From positions 1,860,001-1,892,000 of the forward strand of contig NC_013849.1 of the NCBI RefSeq assembly GCF_000025505.1: 32,000 nucleotides of DNA, written 5' to 3'. This DNA comes from Ferroglobus placidus DSM 10642. Lineage in GTDB: Archaea > Halobacteriota > Archaeoglobi > Archaeoglobales > Archaeoglobaceae. Under the pieces are notes generated by a model, which did not search any database, was not told the origin of the DNA, and worked only from the letters and a program-made list of their open reading frames with translations. How positions within the stretch are numbered: position 1 is the stretch's first letter; the number at the start of each line of letters is the position of its first letter. Positions 8,619 to 17,139 of the stretch are shown piece by piece. The position numbers and the translations under genes are program-made.

Positions 8619-10019
8619 AACCTTCTCGTACTCTCTCTTAAGCCTTTCCTTCTTGTAACCAATACTTAAATCGTCCCAGGGCAATTCTTCGTCAACTTCG
8701 AAAGCTTCCAAGAATTTATCAAGCTTGAGCTTGAAAATCAAGTTGAAATTCGGCTTGAGCTCTATGAGCCTCGAAACTCTCTCGTCTCCCCTCGATAGCA
8801 CGGTTTGAATCGCAAACTTCCTAACGCTCTCCACGCTAACCTCCGCAAACTTCCTCATTTTCTCGAGAAACTTCGCTTTCTCCTCAAGAGATTTTATATT
8901 CTCCTTAACGTCCTTTCCTATTTCCCCTCCGTAGGGAAGCCATTGAAAAGGAGTGTGGGGCTTCGGAACGAGAGGATTAACTGAAACTGCCACTTTCAAA
9001 TTCATGCTTCTTATTCTTTCCACGAGAGAAACGATCTCTTCGAGATCTTCAAGCTTTTCTCCCGGCAAACCTATCATGAAGTAAAGCTTCACCTTCTCTA
9101 TCCCAGCCTCTTTCGCCAATTTTGCAGCGACTATTATTTCTTCGTTGCTAATATCTTTCTTTATCACCTCCCTAAGCCTCTCGCTCGTCTCCGGAGCGAA
9201 CGTTAAGCTTTTCAACCCGCTTTTCACGAGGATTTTTAGAACCTCTTCGCTTATCTTATCGGCTCTGAGAGAAGAAGGAGAAATTTGGTAGCCAAGCGAA
9301 TAAAGCTCCGAGATTATCTCTTCGAACTTCGGATGGTCTGAAGGAGAAGGAGAGATCAAAGCAATCTTATCAACGATCTTTCTGTTTTCTCTCGCTATCT
9401 CGACTATCTCCTCAACCTTTCTCCACCTCGCCGGAGCGTAGAGCTGCCTTACTATGCAGAATCTGCAGGATCTCGGACAACCTCTCCCTACTTCTATGTG
9501 CAAAGCCCTGCCGTAGGCTCCTTCCCCAATTACCTGCATTTTCTGATGCTCTGGAAGCTCTCTCCAGAGAAACCTTCTCTTGTTTTTCGGATAAAGCTCA
9601 AGCTTTCCCTCGACGATATCCAAAACGAGGTTGTCAGCCTCTCCTATAAAAAGACCGTCGAAGAACTTCGCTATGGGCTTCGGATTTTCCGTAACGCAAG
9701 GACCACCGGCTATTTTCACCCCGGAAAAGTTACTCTTCTTTATTATTTGTACGGCGTTGAAGTAGTCCTCTTCATACTGCAACGTAAACAAAGCCACATC
9801 GAAGCTTTTCAGCTCGCTTCCGCTTTCTACACTTCTTAATCCTTCGAAAACGTCTGTAAAAAATCTCTCAGCGATGAAATCTTCTGAGGAATTTATTTCG
9901 TAATAAAGCCTTTGAACTGCCAAGCTCGATACGCCGCCGACGTATCTGTTCGGGTAAACTATGGCGACTCTCTTTAATCCCTTCTTCCAGCTTTTTAAAA
10001 ATGGGTTGAATTCCGTCAT
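8598..10019 (-). CDS. Radical SAM protein with a B12-binding-like N-terminal domain (473 aa)
   Basis: CxxxCxxC cluster motif '[11 protein letters not shown]' sits in a TIM-barrel-sized core. The N-terminal Rossmann-like region precedes it. The start overlaps the ilvN stop (ATGA). Confidence 0.85.
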   Translation of the reverse strand: MTEFNPFLKSWKKGLKRVAIVYPNRYVGGVSSLAVQRLYYEINSSEDFIAERFFTDVFEGLRSVESGSELKSFDVALFTLQYEEDYFNAVQIIKKSNFSGVKIAGGPCVTENPKPIAKFFDGLFIGEADNLVLDIVEGKLELYPKNKRRFLWRELPEHQKMQVIGEGAYGRALHIEVGRGCPRSCRFCIVRQLYAPARWRKVEEIVEIARENRKIVDKIALISPSPSDHPKFEEIISELYSLGYQISPSSLRADKISEEVLKILVKSGLKSLTFAPETSERLREVIKKDISNEEIIVAAKLAKEAGIEKVKLYFMIGLPGEKLEDLEEIVSLVERIRSMNLKVAVSVNPLVPKPHTPFQWLPYGGEIGKDVKENIKSLEEKAKFLEKMRKFAEVSVESVRKFAIQTVLSRGDERVSRLIELKPNFNLIFKLKLDKFLEAFEVDEELPWDDLSIGYKKERLKREYEKVLADISA

Positions 10020-10507
10020 TCGAGGGCTTTGCTTCCCCTCTGCATCGCTATTTTTCCGGTTCTTGCAACCTCTTTTATTCCGTACTGCCTCATCAGGTCT
10101 ATGAAAGCATTTATCTTGTCCTCATCTCCCGTGATTTCAATTATAAAGCTGTCTCTCGCAACGTCCACTATTCTCCCCCTGAAGATGTTCGCTATCTCGA
10201 TTATCTCCCCTCTCGTTTGAGGAGTGGCGTTGACCTTAACTAAAGCGAGCTCTCTCTCAACGGAATTTTTCGTGACGTCGCTCACCTTCAGAACCTCTAT
10301 CAGCTTGTTCAGCTGCTTGGTAACTTGCTCTATTGTCTTATCATCCCCGTCGACAACTATCGTCATTCTCGAAATTTGAGGCTTCTCGGTTATTCCCACA
10401 GCTAAGCTTTCTATGTTGAATCCCCTCCTCCTGAAGAGTCCCGCAACCTTAGCCAGAACTCCCGGCTTGTTTTCAACTAAAGCAGCCAGGGTGTGCCTCA
10501 TGATCAC
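10016..10507 (-). CDS. ilvN: Acetolactate synthase small (regulatory) subunit
   Basis: N-terminal ACT domain '[31 protein letters not shown]'. It is 163 aa and has an ATGA overlap with ilvB. Confidence 0.93.
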   Translation of the reverse strand: MIMRHTLAALVENKPGVLAKVAGLFRRRGFNIESLAVGITEKPQISRMTIVVDGDDKTIEQVTKQLNKLIEVLKVSDVTKNSVERELALVKVNATPQTRGEIIEIANIFRGRIVDVARDSFIIEITGDEDKINAFIDLMRQYGIKEVARTGKIAMQRGSKALE

Positions 10508-12168
10508 ACCTCCTCATCGATGATCTCGTTCAAAGCAGCTCCGGCGGGAACCATCGGATAAACGTTCTCAAGCCTGTCAACTCTGAAGTCGACGACGACT
10601 GGAGCGTCAATACTCAAAGCTTCCTTGATAGCATCTTCAACCTCGCTTTCCCTTTCAACCGTCATTCCAACAGCCCCAAACCCTTCAGCAATCTTTTCAA
10701 AACTCATCTCTTTGCAGAGCAAACAGGTTTGAGAGTACCTTTCGTCGTAGAACAGCTGCTGCCACTGCCTAACCATTCCGAGGAATGCGTTGTTCAAAAT
10801 GAAGACTTTCACGTCAATGCCGTAGTCGACGCAGGTGGCAAGCTCCTGAATGTTCATGAGAAAGCTTCCGTCTCCAGCTATGTCAACGACTGTTTTGTCT
10901 GGAAAAGCCGTCTTAACTCCTATCGCCGCCGGAAATCCAAATCCCATAGTTCCCAATCCGCCTGATGTTATGAATTGCCTCGGATACTTAACTTTGAAGT
11001 ACTGAGCAGCCCACATTTGATTCTGCCCGACTTCAGTCGTTACTATCGCATCCGGAGCTAATTCGTAAAGCTTTTCTATAACGTACTGCGGCTTGAGCTT
11101 TCCGTCTCTTTTATACCTCAGCGGATATTTCCTCCTCCACTCGTTCACCTTGTCCTCCCACTCCTTCCTTCTCTTGTACTGAATGTGCTTTATCAGCTCC
11201 CTCAAAACGAGCTTAGCGTCTCCAACTATTGGCACGTCAACCCTAACGTTCTTTCCGATTTCAGCTGGATCGATGTCTATGTGGATTATCTTAGCATTCG
11301 GAGCGAAGCTGCTGACCTTGCCGGTTGTTCTGTCGGAAAATCTCACTCCGACGGCGATTATCAAATCGGATTCCTGAACAGCATAGTTAGCATACTTAGC
11401 TCCGTGCATTCCTATGAATCCCAAGCTTAACGGGTGAGTTTCGGGAATGGCTCCCTTCCCCATCAAACTCGTGACGACGAAAGCCGGAATAGTTTCAGCT
11501 AATTTAACGAGCTCTTCTGAAGCGTTGGAAAGGATAACTCCTCCTCCGGCGAGAATTATCGGTCTCTCAGCCTTCATTATCAGCTCTGCAGCTCTCTTTA
11601 TCTGTCTTGGATGTCCAGCATATTTTGGCTTGTATCCGGGGAGGTCAACTTTTTCCGGATAATCGAACTCTATATCCGCTATGGTAACATCCTTCGGTAA
11701 ATCTATTAAAACAGGTCCCGGTCTTCCGGTTCTGGCTATGTAGAAAGCCTCTTTGATTATCCTGAGAAGTTCTTTTTCGTCGGTGACGAGGTAGTTATGC
11801 TTAGTGATCGGCATGGTTATTCCGGTTATATCCGCTTCCTGAAAAGCGTCGTTGCCTATCAAGCTCCTCGGAACTTGCCCCGTCATAACTACAACCGGTG
11901 AAGAGTCCATGTAGGCTGTTGCAATTCCAGTAACGGTGTTCGTTGCTCCCGGTCCCGAGGTTGCGAAAGCGACTCCGACTCTGCCAGTAGCTCTCGCGTA
12001 ACCGTCTGCTGCGTGAACCGCTGCTTGCTCGTGCCTCGTGAGAATGTGCACTATCTCCGAATCGAAGAGAGCATCGTACACTTCGATTATCGCTCCTCCG
12101 GGTATTCCGAAAATGTGCTTCACACCTTCCTTCTCCAAGGCCTTGACAATAGCGTCGGCAGCCCTCAT
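10504..12168 (-). CDS. ilvB: Acetolactate synthase large (catalytic) subunit, ThDP-dependent
   Basis: 'GIPGG' N-terminus and the ThDP motif '[14 protein letters not shown]...NN' are present, with '[14 protein letters not shown]'. ATG at 12168 is preferred over the upstream TTG at 12183. Confidence 0.93.
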   Translation of the reverse strand: MRAADAIVKALEKEGVKHIFGIPGGAIIEVYDALFDSEIVHILTRHEQAAVHAADGYARATGRVGVAFATSGPGATNTVTGIATAYMDSSPVVVMTGQVPRSLIGNDAFQEADITGITMPITKHNYLVTDEKELLRIIKEAFYIARTGRPGPVLIDLPKDVTIADIEFDYPEKVDLPGYKPKYAGHPRQIKRAAELIMKAERPIILAGGGVILSNASEELVKLAETIPAFVVTSLMGKGAIPETHPLSLGFIGMHGAKYANYAVQESDLIIAVGVRFSDRTTGKVSSFAPNAKIIHIDIDPAEIGKNVRVDVPIVGDAKLVLRELIKHIQYKRRKEWEDKVNEWRRKYPLRYKRDGKLKPQYVIEKLYELAPDAIVTTEVGQNQMWAAQYFKVKYPRQFITSGGLGTMGFGFPAAIGVKTAFPDKTVVDIAGDGSFLMNIQELATCVDYGIDVKVFILNNAFLGMVRQWQQLFYDERYSQTCLLCKEMSFEKIAEGFGAVGMTVERESEVEDAIKEALSIDAPVVVDFRVDRLENVYPMVPAGAALNEIIDEEV

Positions 12169-12646
12169 AAAAACCACCCACAACTACCTGAGAAAAATTA
12201 GCATACTACTACAACAGGAAGGTTCAACATTGTTTGCATCGCCTTCTCCTTCGAAAGGGGAATTTAAATAGTTTTTGGTTTTAGAGAACGTGTCCAGAAA
12301 TAACCTCCCGAGATAAGACTGCAAAAATATTACTATCGAATTAAACTCCTTCATGCTCAAGAGGTTGAATACTCCCATCTACGACGTCGAACTGATTCTG
12401 AAATTCCTTCACGTGATATTGGCATCGCTGAAGATTGATGATAGATTTGAAAAGTGTACAGAAAAGCTGAAAACTTCGGAGATCTAAGCGTTGAATTCGG
12501 CGAGAGGTTGAATTGGCAGACTTGTAACAATAACAGCAATCGATAAACCCCTAACCCGAACACACGACCCCTGAATCCAGTTAGGATGTCGATCTCGAAG
12601 AATGAGAGCGAAAAGCTTTTATTCATCAAATTAAATGCATTAAAAA

Positions 12647-13279
12647 ATGATCCTCGTTGGAGAAGGAGAAGGTTTAGAAACTCCCGACTCTTTTATGAAG
12701 TGTAAGGTTTCGGATAAAGTATTAAATCTTCTCGGAGACTACCGCTACCTGACAAAAGGTTACTATGTCTCTCTCCACGCCGAAGAAAATGGTTGTGAGG
12801 TTTTTCCACCAGTTAAGAATGCGCTCGATGCATACAGAGCTCCTTTGTTTACGAACATGCTTCGAAAACTCGGGTTCGAAACTCCAGACTTTGAAGTGGT
12901 TTGCAAGCCAAAACCGGAGAAGTGCGTTTTGCTCCCCTTAAATCCATTCTCCAAAAATTCGGTCAGGCTCGTGAAAAACGATTATCAGTATCTAAAAGCG
13001 TTCAGGAGATTGAGCATTAATAATCGCTACCCGGTTGTGCAGGTTAGAGTCGAAAGATTTGAAAAACTGAAAATACACCTAACAAAAGCTGATAAAGACG
13101 AATACAGCTTTATATCCGAAAGATTGTTTAGGACTTTGAAAATTCCACTCGGCAAAGTTTTCGTTGATGTAAGTGATGGAAAACCTAAACCTTTTTACTT
13201 CGCACCGCTTGAGAGGGGTGAGATAGACCTCGATATCATATTCGAGGTTCTGAATAATGAGGATAGCCTGTTTTGCTGA
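12647..13279 (+). CDS. RLAN (RimK-like ATP-grasp N-terminal) domain protein, stand-alone (210 aa)
   Basis: 'YRYLTKGYYVSLHAEENGCEVFPPV' matches my memory of the RLAN signature (Y..GYYvSLlAEarG..v.Psv). It overlaps the following ATP-grasp ORF by 23 nt in another frame. Confidence 0.7.
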   Translation: MILVGEGEGLETPDSFMKCKVSDKVLNLLGDYRYLTKGYYVSLHAEENGCEVFPPVKNALDAYRAPLFTNMLRKLGFETPDFEVVCKPKPEKCVLLPLNPFSKNSVRLVKNDYQYLKAFRRLSINNRYPVVQVRVERFEKLKIHLTKADKDEYSFISERLFRTLKIPLGKVFVDVSDGKPKPFYFAPLERGEIDLDIIFEVLNNEDSLFC

Positions 13280-14117
13280 GAGCTACAATTTCAAGTTCAA
13301 ACAGGAAAGGCAGGCACTCGAAATTTTCAAAAGAACTGCTGAAGAGCTCGGACACAGCTTTACAATTCTGGGAAAAGAGATTCTTCAACGTATCGACGAT
13401 TTCGACTCTGTGTTTATCAGAGCAACAACTGATCCTCTCTTCACTTCTTACATTGTCTCAAGGCTCGCTGAAGAGATGGGGAAAAAGGTGATTGACGATT
13501 CGGAAAGCATAAGAATATGTTCAAATAAGGTTGCACTCTACTACAGATTGAAAAAAAGTTCAGTTCCAACGCCAAAAACGATACCTTTCTTCGGGGACTT
13601 TGAAAATCTTGAAAGCTATGCTGAAGAGCTGGGATATCCAGTTGTCGTGAAGAGACCGAACTCAAGGTTTTCTCTTTACGTGGAGAAGGCAAATAATTAT
13701 TACGAGCTCATTAAGGTTGTGAAAAAGTACATGAGGAGAAGTAAGGCTTTAATTTTGCAAGAATACGTGCCAACAGCATTCGATTGGCGTATTGGGGTGC
13801 TTGGGAGAGAAGTTATCTACGCATGCAAGTATTTCATGCCCAAAGGCGGGTGGAAGATTACAGATTACATCGGCGGAAAGAAAGTCTGGGGAAATGTGAA
13901 GGCAGTTAGGGTTGAAAATCTGCCATCAAAACTTAGAAAAATTGCTGTAATGGCTGCAAAAAGCGTCGGAAACGGACTTTACGGTGTAGATGTAAAAGAA
14001 ATTAACGGAAATTACTACGTCATCGAGGTAAACGACAATCCAACGATAATGCACGGCGATGAGGATGCGAAAAATCCTGAGCTTTACGAGAAGATTATTC
14101 TCGCGCTGACCAGCTGA
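13257..14117 (+). CDS. RimK-like ATP-grasp ligase (286 aa)
   Basis: ATP-grasp motifs 'YPVVVKRPNSRFSLYV', 'LILQEYVP..FDWRIGVLG' and 'LYGVDVKEINGNYYVIEVNDNP' are present. Confidence 0.85.
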   Translation: MRIACFAESYNFKFKQERQALEIFKRTAEELGHSFTILGKEILQRIDDFDSVFIRATTDPLFTSYIVSRLAEEMGKKVIDDSESIRICSNKVALYYRLKKSSVPTPKTIPFFGDFENLESYAEELGYPVVVKRPNSRFSLYVEKANNYYELIKVVKKYMRRSKALILQEYVPTAFDWRIGVLGREVIYACKYFMPKGGWKITDYIGGKKVWGNVKAVRVENLPSKLRKIAVMAAKSVGNGLYGVDVKEINGNYYVIEVNDNPTIMHGDEDAKNPELYEKIILALTS

Positions 14118-14215
14118 GCCCTCGGTTTCATTCCTGGTGAGCGGGAAAGTTCTCCGATTATGATTTGCTGATTAGTAAACCGATTTATGGAGAGTTCTAC
14201 ATTAAATTCCTGAGA

Positions 14216-14378
14216 ATGTTGGAAAAAGCAAGGTTGTGGCTTGAGAGCTAAGGCTGATTTGAAATCCGCTGAAGTGCTGATGGACATAGTTCCTGCAGAT
14301 AGCATCTACCACAGTCAGCAGGCTGTGGAGAAGGCAATTAAGGCAGCACTGGTTTTGAAGGGAATTGATGTCAAATAG
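14216..14378 (+). pseudogene. Decayed HEPN-domain gene (frameshifted and 3'-truncated)
   Basis: One frame gives 'MLEKARLWLES*' (14216-14251). A shifted frame continues 'AKADLKSAEVLMDIVPADSIYHSQQAVEKAIKAALVLKGIDVK*' (14247-14378). Together these match the N-terminal half of the HEPN consensus (A..dL..Ae.L......a.fh.qQA.EKAlKA.L). The Rx4-6H half is missing. Confidence 0.55.
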
Positions 14379-14390
14379 GCCCAATAAACC

Positions 14391-14400
14391 TTATAAATTA
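14391..14400 (+). promoter_or_regulatory. TATA box (TTATAAATTA) for a leaderless transcript of the 14419 ORF
   Basis: The TATA centre lies about 25 nt upstream of the ATG at 14419. There is no SD between them. Confidence 0.45.
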
Positions 14401-14418
14401 TAGCTTCGGAATGTAGCT

Positions 14419-15498
14419 ATGTGTAAAAATAGAATTTTAAAAGATTATTCAAAGCGCATAAGACGCTTCAAAGAACTAATCAAAAAAAGTATTTGGATTA
14501 TTGGGGCCATCCTTGTATTTGTATTAACTTTTATATTTCCAACAAACATAAACGTCAAAACGGACGACGTTAGATATCTCTTGAGTGCATCTGCCCAAGT
14601 TGAAGCTACCATTATTGCAATATTCATCTCTATACTTTTGGTTGCCATCCAGCTTACTTTGAAAGATTATTCGGAAATAGTTTTAGATGTTTATCGTAAA
14701 AACAAAAGTTTTTGGTCTATTTTAATCCTTTATTTAGTTTCAATTGTTATACTATTGATTTCACTGGCAAATGTTGAAGCTTTAACGAATTGGATTAAAA
14801 TTTATATATTTTTAGTGGTAATAAATTTATTAATATTGTTACCGTATATTATTTTGTATACATTTGAATTACTTAGCCCTCAAAAAATTGCGGAAAAATT
14901 TACGAACATGTATAAAATTAGTTATAATAATGGAGACAATTTTAATATTTTGAGAAAATATATAGAAATTTCAGAAAAAAGTATCGATTCCCATAACGTC
15001 AAGTTTGGTGTCAGCATATTAGATAAGATTAGAAAAAGTGTATCAGAAGAGCTAAAAGTAATAAATTACGAACTGATAAAAGATATTTCAAAGCTTGAAG
15101 ACATCTTGCTTTTTTTCGAAAATATCTCTTTTTGGTTGCGAGCTCTCACACTTTACATAATTGACCGTTACGAACACCGTATAATAACTAAGAACGAAAG
15201 TGACTGGCTAATGAATATTATCATTAAGATTTTACGTGATCTATGGGCTAACTTGGTAATTGGCCTGTATCCGTTTTATTCCAATCAAGAAACTGAAGAA
15301 AAACTTGAACGTTGTTTAAATCGATGCTTAATCGAATTAGAGACGATAGTAGGGAAACTCAAAACCGTTCCAGATTTAGAGGATAATTTGAGTAATTTTC
15401 TGAACGTTATACCATTTAGACAAATTGAAGACTTAGCAAGTAAAAATAAGAAACTAGAACACATTGCCGAACGTGTCAAAAAGTTAAAAAGCCCGTAA
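14419..15498 (+). CDS. Low-GC membrane protein: four N-terminal TM helices plus a ~200-aa helical soluble domain (359 aa), function unknown
   Basis: Hydrophobic segments are 'IWIIGAILVFVLTFIF', 'ATIIAIFISILLVAIQL', 'FWSILILYLVSIVILLISL' and 'IYIFLVVINLLILLPYIILY'. The ORF is long and uninterrupted despite about 20-35% G+C (hand counts on three 60-nt lines). It may be DUF2254-like, but I am not sure. Confidence 0.7.
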   Translation: MCKNRILKDYSKRIRRFKELIKKSIWIIGAILVFVLTFIFPTNINVKTDDVRYLLSASAQVEATIIAIFISILLVAIQLTLKDYSEIVLDVYRKNKSFWSILILYLVSIVILLISLANVEALTNWIKIYIFLVVINLLILLPYIILYTFELLSPQKIAEKFTNMYKISYNNGDNFNILRKYIEISEKSIDSHNVKFGVSILDKIRKSVSEELKVINYELIKDISKLEDILLFFENISFWLRALTLYIIDRYEHRIITKNESDWLMNIIIKILRDLWANLVIGLYPFYSNQETEEKLERCLNRCLIELETIVGKLKTVPDLEDNLSNFLNVIPFRQIEDLASKNKKLEHIAERVKKLKSP

Positions 15499-15570
15499 CA
15501 GTATCATATATGTTTATTGATGTTCTTTTTAGTTCTAATTGAAAATTTACACTCGAAAATCTAGCAAATG

Positions 15571-16041
15571 CTATATTACTATCTCACCAACCTTCTCAGT
15601 TTCAGGTTCTTCTATCTCCAGAATTCTCCTCAAAGCTCTTTCATCGAGCTCATTAACGAGAGTCTTAATTGCTTCCACAGCCCTTTCGTACTGCTTCCTG
15701 TAAATCTCCTCGTTTTGCCTGAGAAATGTTACAAGTGAGCATATTGACTCCTTTTTGAGATATATCTCAATTTTACCCTCCCTCAGGTCGAAGGTGAAAG
15801 GTCCTGCAACGCAGGTTTCGGGCTTGATGCCGTGAATCAGGCATTTCCTCTCTTTCTCATCAAAAAACACGCAGTAGCCATTTTCCTTCACCTTTGGATG
15901 TGTGTATTCTTCAAAATCGAACAGCTCTAAGCTTATTCCAGAGTCCAGCAGAATTCTCAGCCTCCTCTCAGTAATTGGAGGTTTGGCATCGATGCAGCAC
16001 TTCCCACCACACTCAAAGCAGATTTCGTAAAAGTCAGTCAT
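15571..16041 (-). CDS. YkgJ/UPF0153-family cysteine-cluster protein (CxxCxxCC)
   Basis: 'CFECGGKCC' near the N-terminus, plus 'YCVFFDEKERKCLIHGIKPETCVAGPF'. ATGA overlap with the upstream GCS2 gene. Confidence 0.8.
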   Translation of the reverse strand: MTDFYEICFECGGKCCIDAKPPITERRLRILLDSGISLELFDFEEYTHPKVKENGYCVFFDEKERKCLIHGIKPETCVAGPFTFDLREGKIEIYLKKESICSLVTFLRQNEEIYRKQYERAVEAIKTLVNELDERALRRILEIEEPETEKVGEIVI

Positions 16042-17135
16042 ACATACACCTCATTCCTTTCAAGACATTTTGAAAGTTCCTCGCACACGCCAATAATTTC
16101 TTTTCTACTGATGTCGCCCATGTTCATGAGAATCGATTCACCCAAGCTACCCTCCTTGATTCTCAGCTTGACGATCTTGAGATATTTTTTCTCCTCATCG
16201 TCCGCATTCTCTTTTGCTTTTCTAAATAGTTCCTTCAACTCGGATTTGAGCTCTGCAGTTCCGCTCCTTATCGCACTGTCGAGTTTCTCGATCAGTTTCT
16301 CCCTTGGCAATTCTTCTATTTCAGCCCTTAGAATTGCCCTAATGAAAGCAGTGAGAGCCACGTCGCTCTTTATACACTCCTGCTCGTCCATCACTTTTAT
16401 TTCAAGGCATTTCCTGCTGAACCTAACTATGACTCCCCTCGAATTCACCCACTCACGACAGAGTACATGAGCGTCTCTTTTCCTCAGCTCCTCATAAATT
16501 CGCTCGAGAATTTTCCTGTACTCTCTTAAACTTGCTATCTTTTCTGGAATTACATCGTTGCATATTAGCGGTATTTCCTTCTGATTGATCCTGTAAAAAT
16601 TGAGTCTTGTGTCGATGTAGTACGGCATCCCCTCGCATATTGGTGAGGCAGAGGCGATGGCAGCGATGTATGGAATGAGAATTCTCAACTTGTTGTGAAG
16701 CTCGACAGCCTCTCTTTCCGACGAATACGAGATATTGAGCTGAAAGCTCTGAATGTTAAGCCAGCCATGCTGTTTTATATTGAAAATCCTGTCGTAAGCT
16801 TCGTATATCTTCCTGTCCCTGTGATCCCACACTTTCGCATTTTCGAGCTTTAATAAAGGGTGCATCCCCAGTCCTAAAAGCTTGCAGCCGTCCATAACGC
16901 TAAGAAGTTCCTCAACACCTTCCTGCATTACCTCCTCAAACTCAGAAAGTTCTTCAAAGGGTTTTACGGGTTTTAATTCGATGACGTGCTTTTGCAGTTC
17001 CTTGCCAATAATTACCCTTCCAATGACAGCTTCATTTGCAATCCTTCCTCTTATTTTCCTGATTATTTGATCTGAAATCGGCAAAGGATTGAAGTTTTCA
17101 TCATTTATCGAAAACTCGTGCTCAGGGCCAAGCAT
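16038..17135 (-). CDS. Glutamate-cysteine-ligase family 2 (GCS2 / YbdK-like carboxylate-amine ligase), 365 aa
   Basis: N-terminal 'GPEHEF' metal/ATP motif and 'IELKP' are present. The late 'RGVIVRFSRKCLEIKVMDEQ' resembles the R....lE.R..D signature of the family. Confidence 0.85.
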   Translation of the reverse strand: MLGPEHEFSINDENFNPLPISDQIIRKIRGRIANEAVIGRVIIGKELQKHVIELKPVKPFEELSEFEEVMQEGVEELLSVMDGCKLLGLGMHPLLKLENAKVWDHRDRKIYEAYDRIFNIKQHGWLNIQSFQLNISYSSEREAVELHNKLRILIPYIAAIASASPICEGMPYYIDTRLNFYRINQKEIPLICNDVIPEKIASLREYRKILERIYEELRKRDAHVLCREWVNSRGVIVRFSRKCLEIKVMDEQECIKSDVALTAFIRAILRAEIEELPREKLIEKLDSAIRSGTAELKSELKELFRKAKENADDEEKKYLKIVKLRIKEGSLGESILMNMGDISRKEIIGVCEELSKCLERNEVYV

Positions 17136-17139
17136 AAAA

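Noticed and set aside
11801-12181. 126-aa alternative-frame ORF within ilvB, plus other ilvB-internal ORFs (10729-10965, 11183-11662, 12013-12271)
   Set aside because: These are Arg/Ser/Gly-rich shadow frames of a highly conserved gene.
12400-12470. C/D-box sRNA-like elements (GTGATAT ... CTGA ... TGATGA ... CTGA)
   Set aside because: The box spacing (8 nt and about 25 nt) does not fit the ~12-nt guide spacing of archaeal C/D sRNAs, the C box is degenerate, and there are no terminal stem or kink-turn pairs.
14084-14384. Minus-strand ORFs 14084-14305 and 14202-14384
   Set aside because: They are antisense to the clear HEPN-like plus-strand reading and have no motifs.
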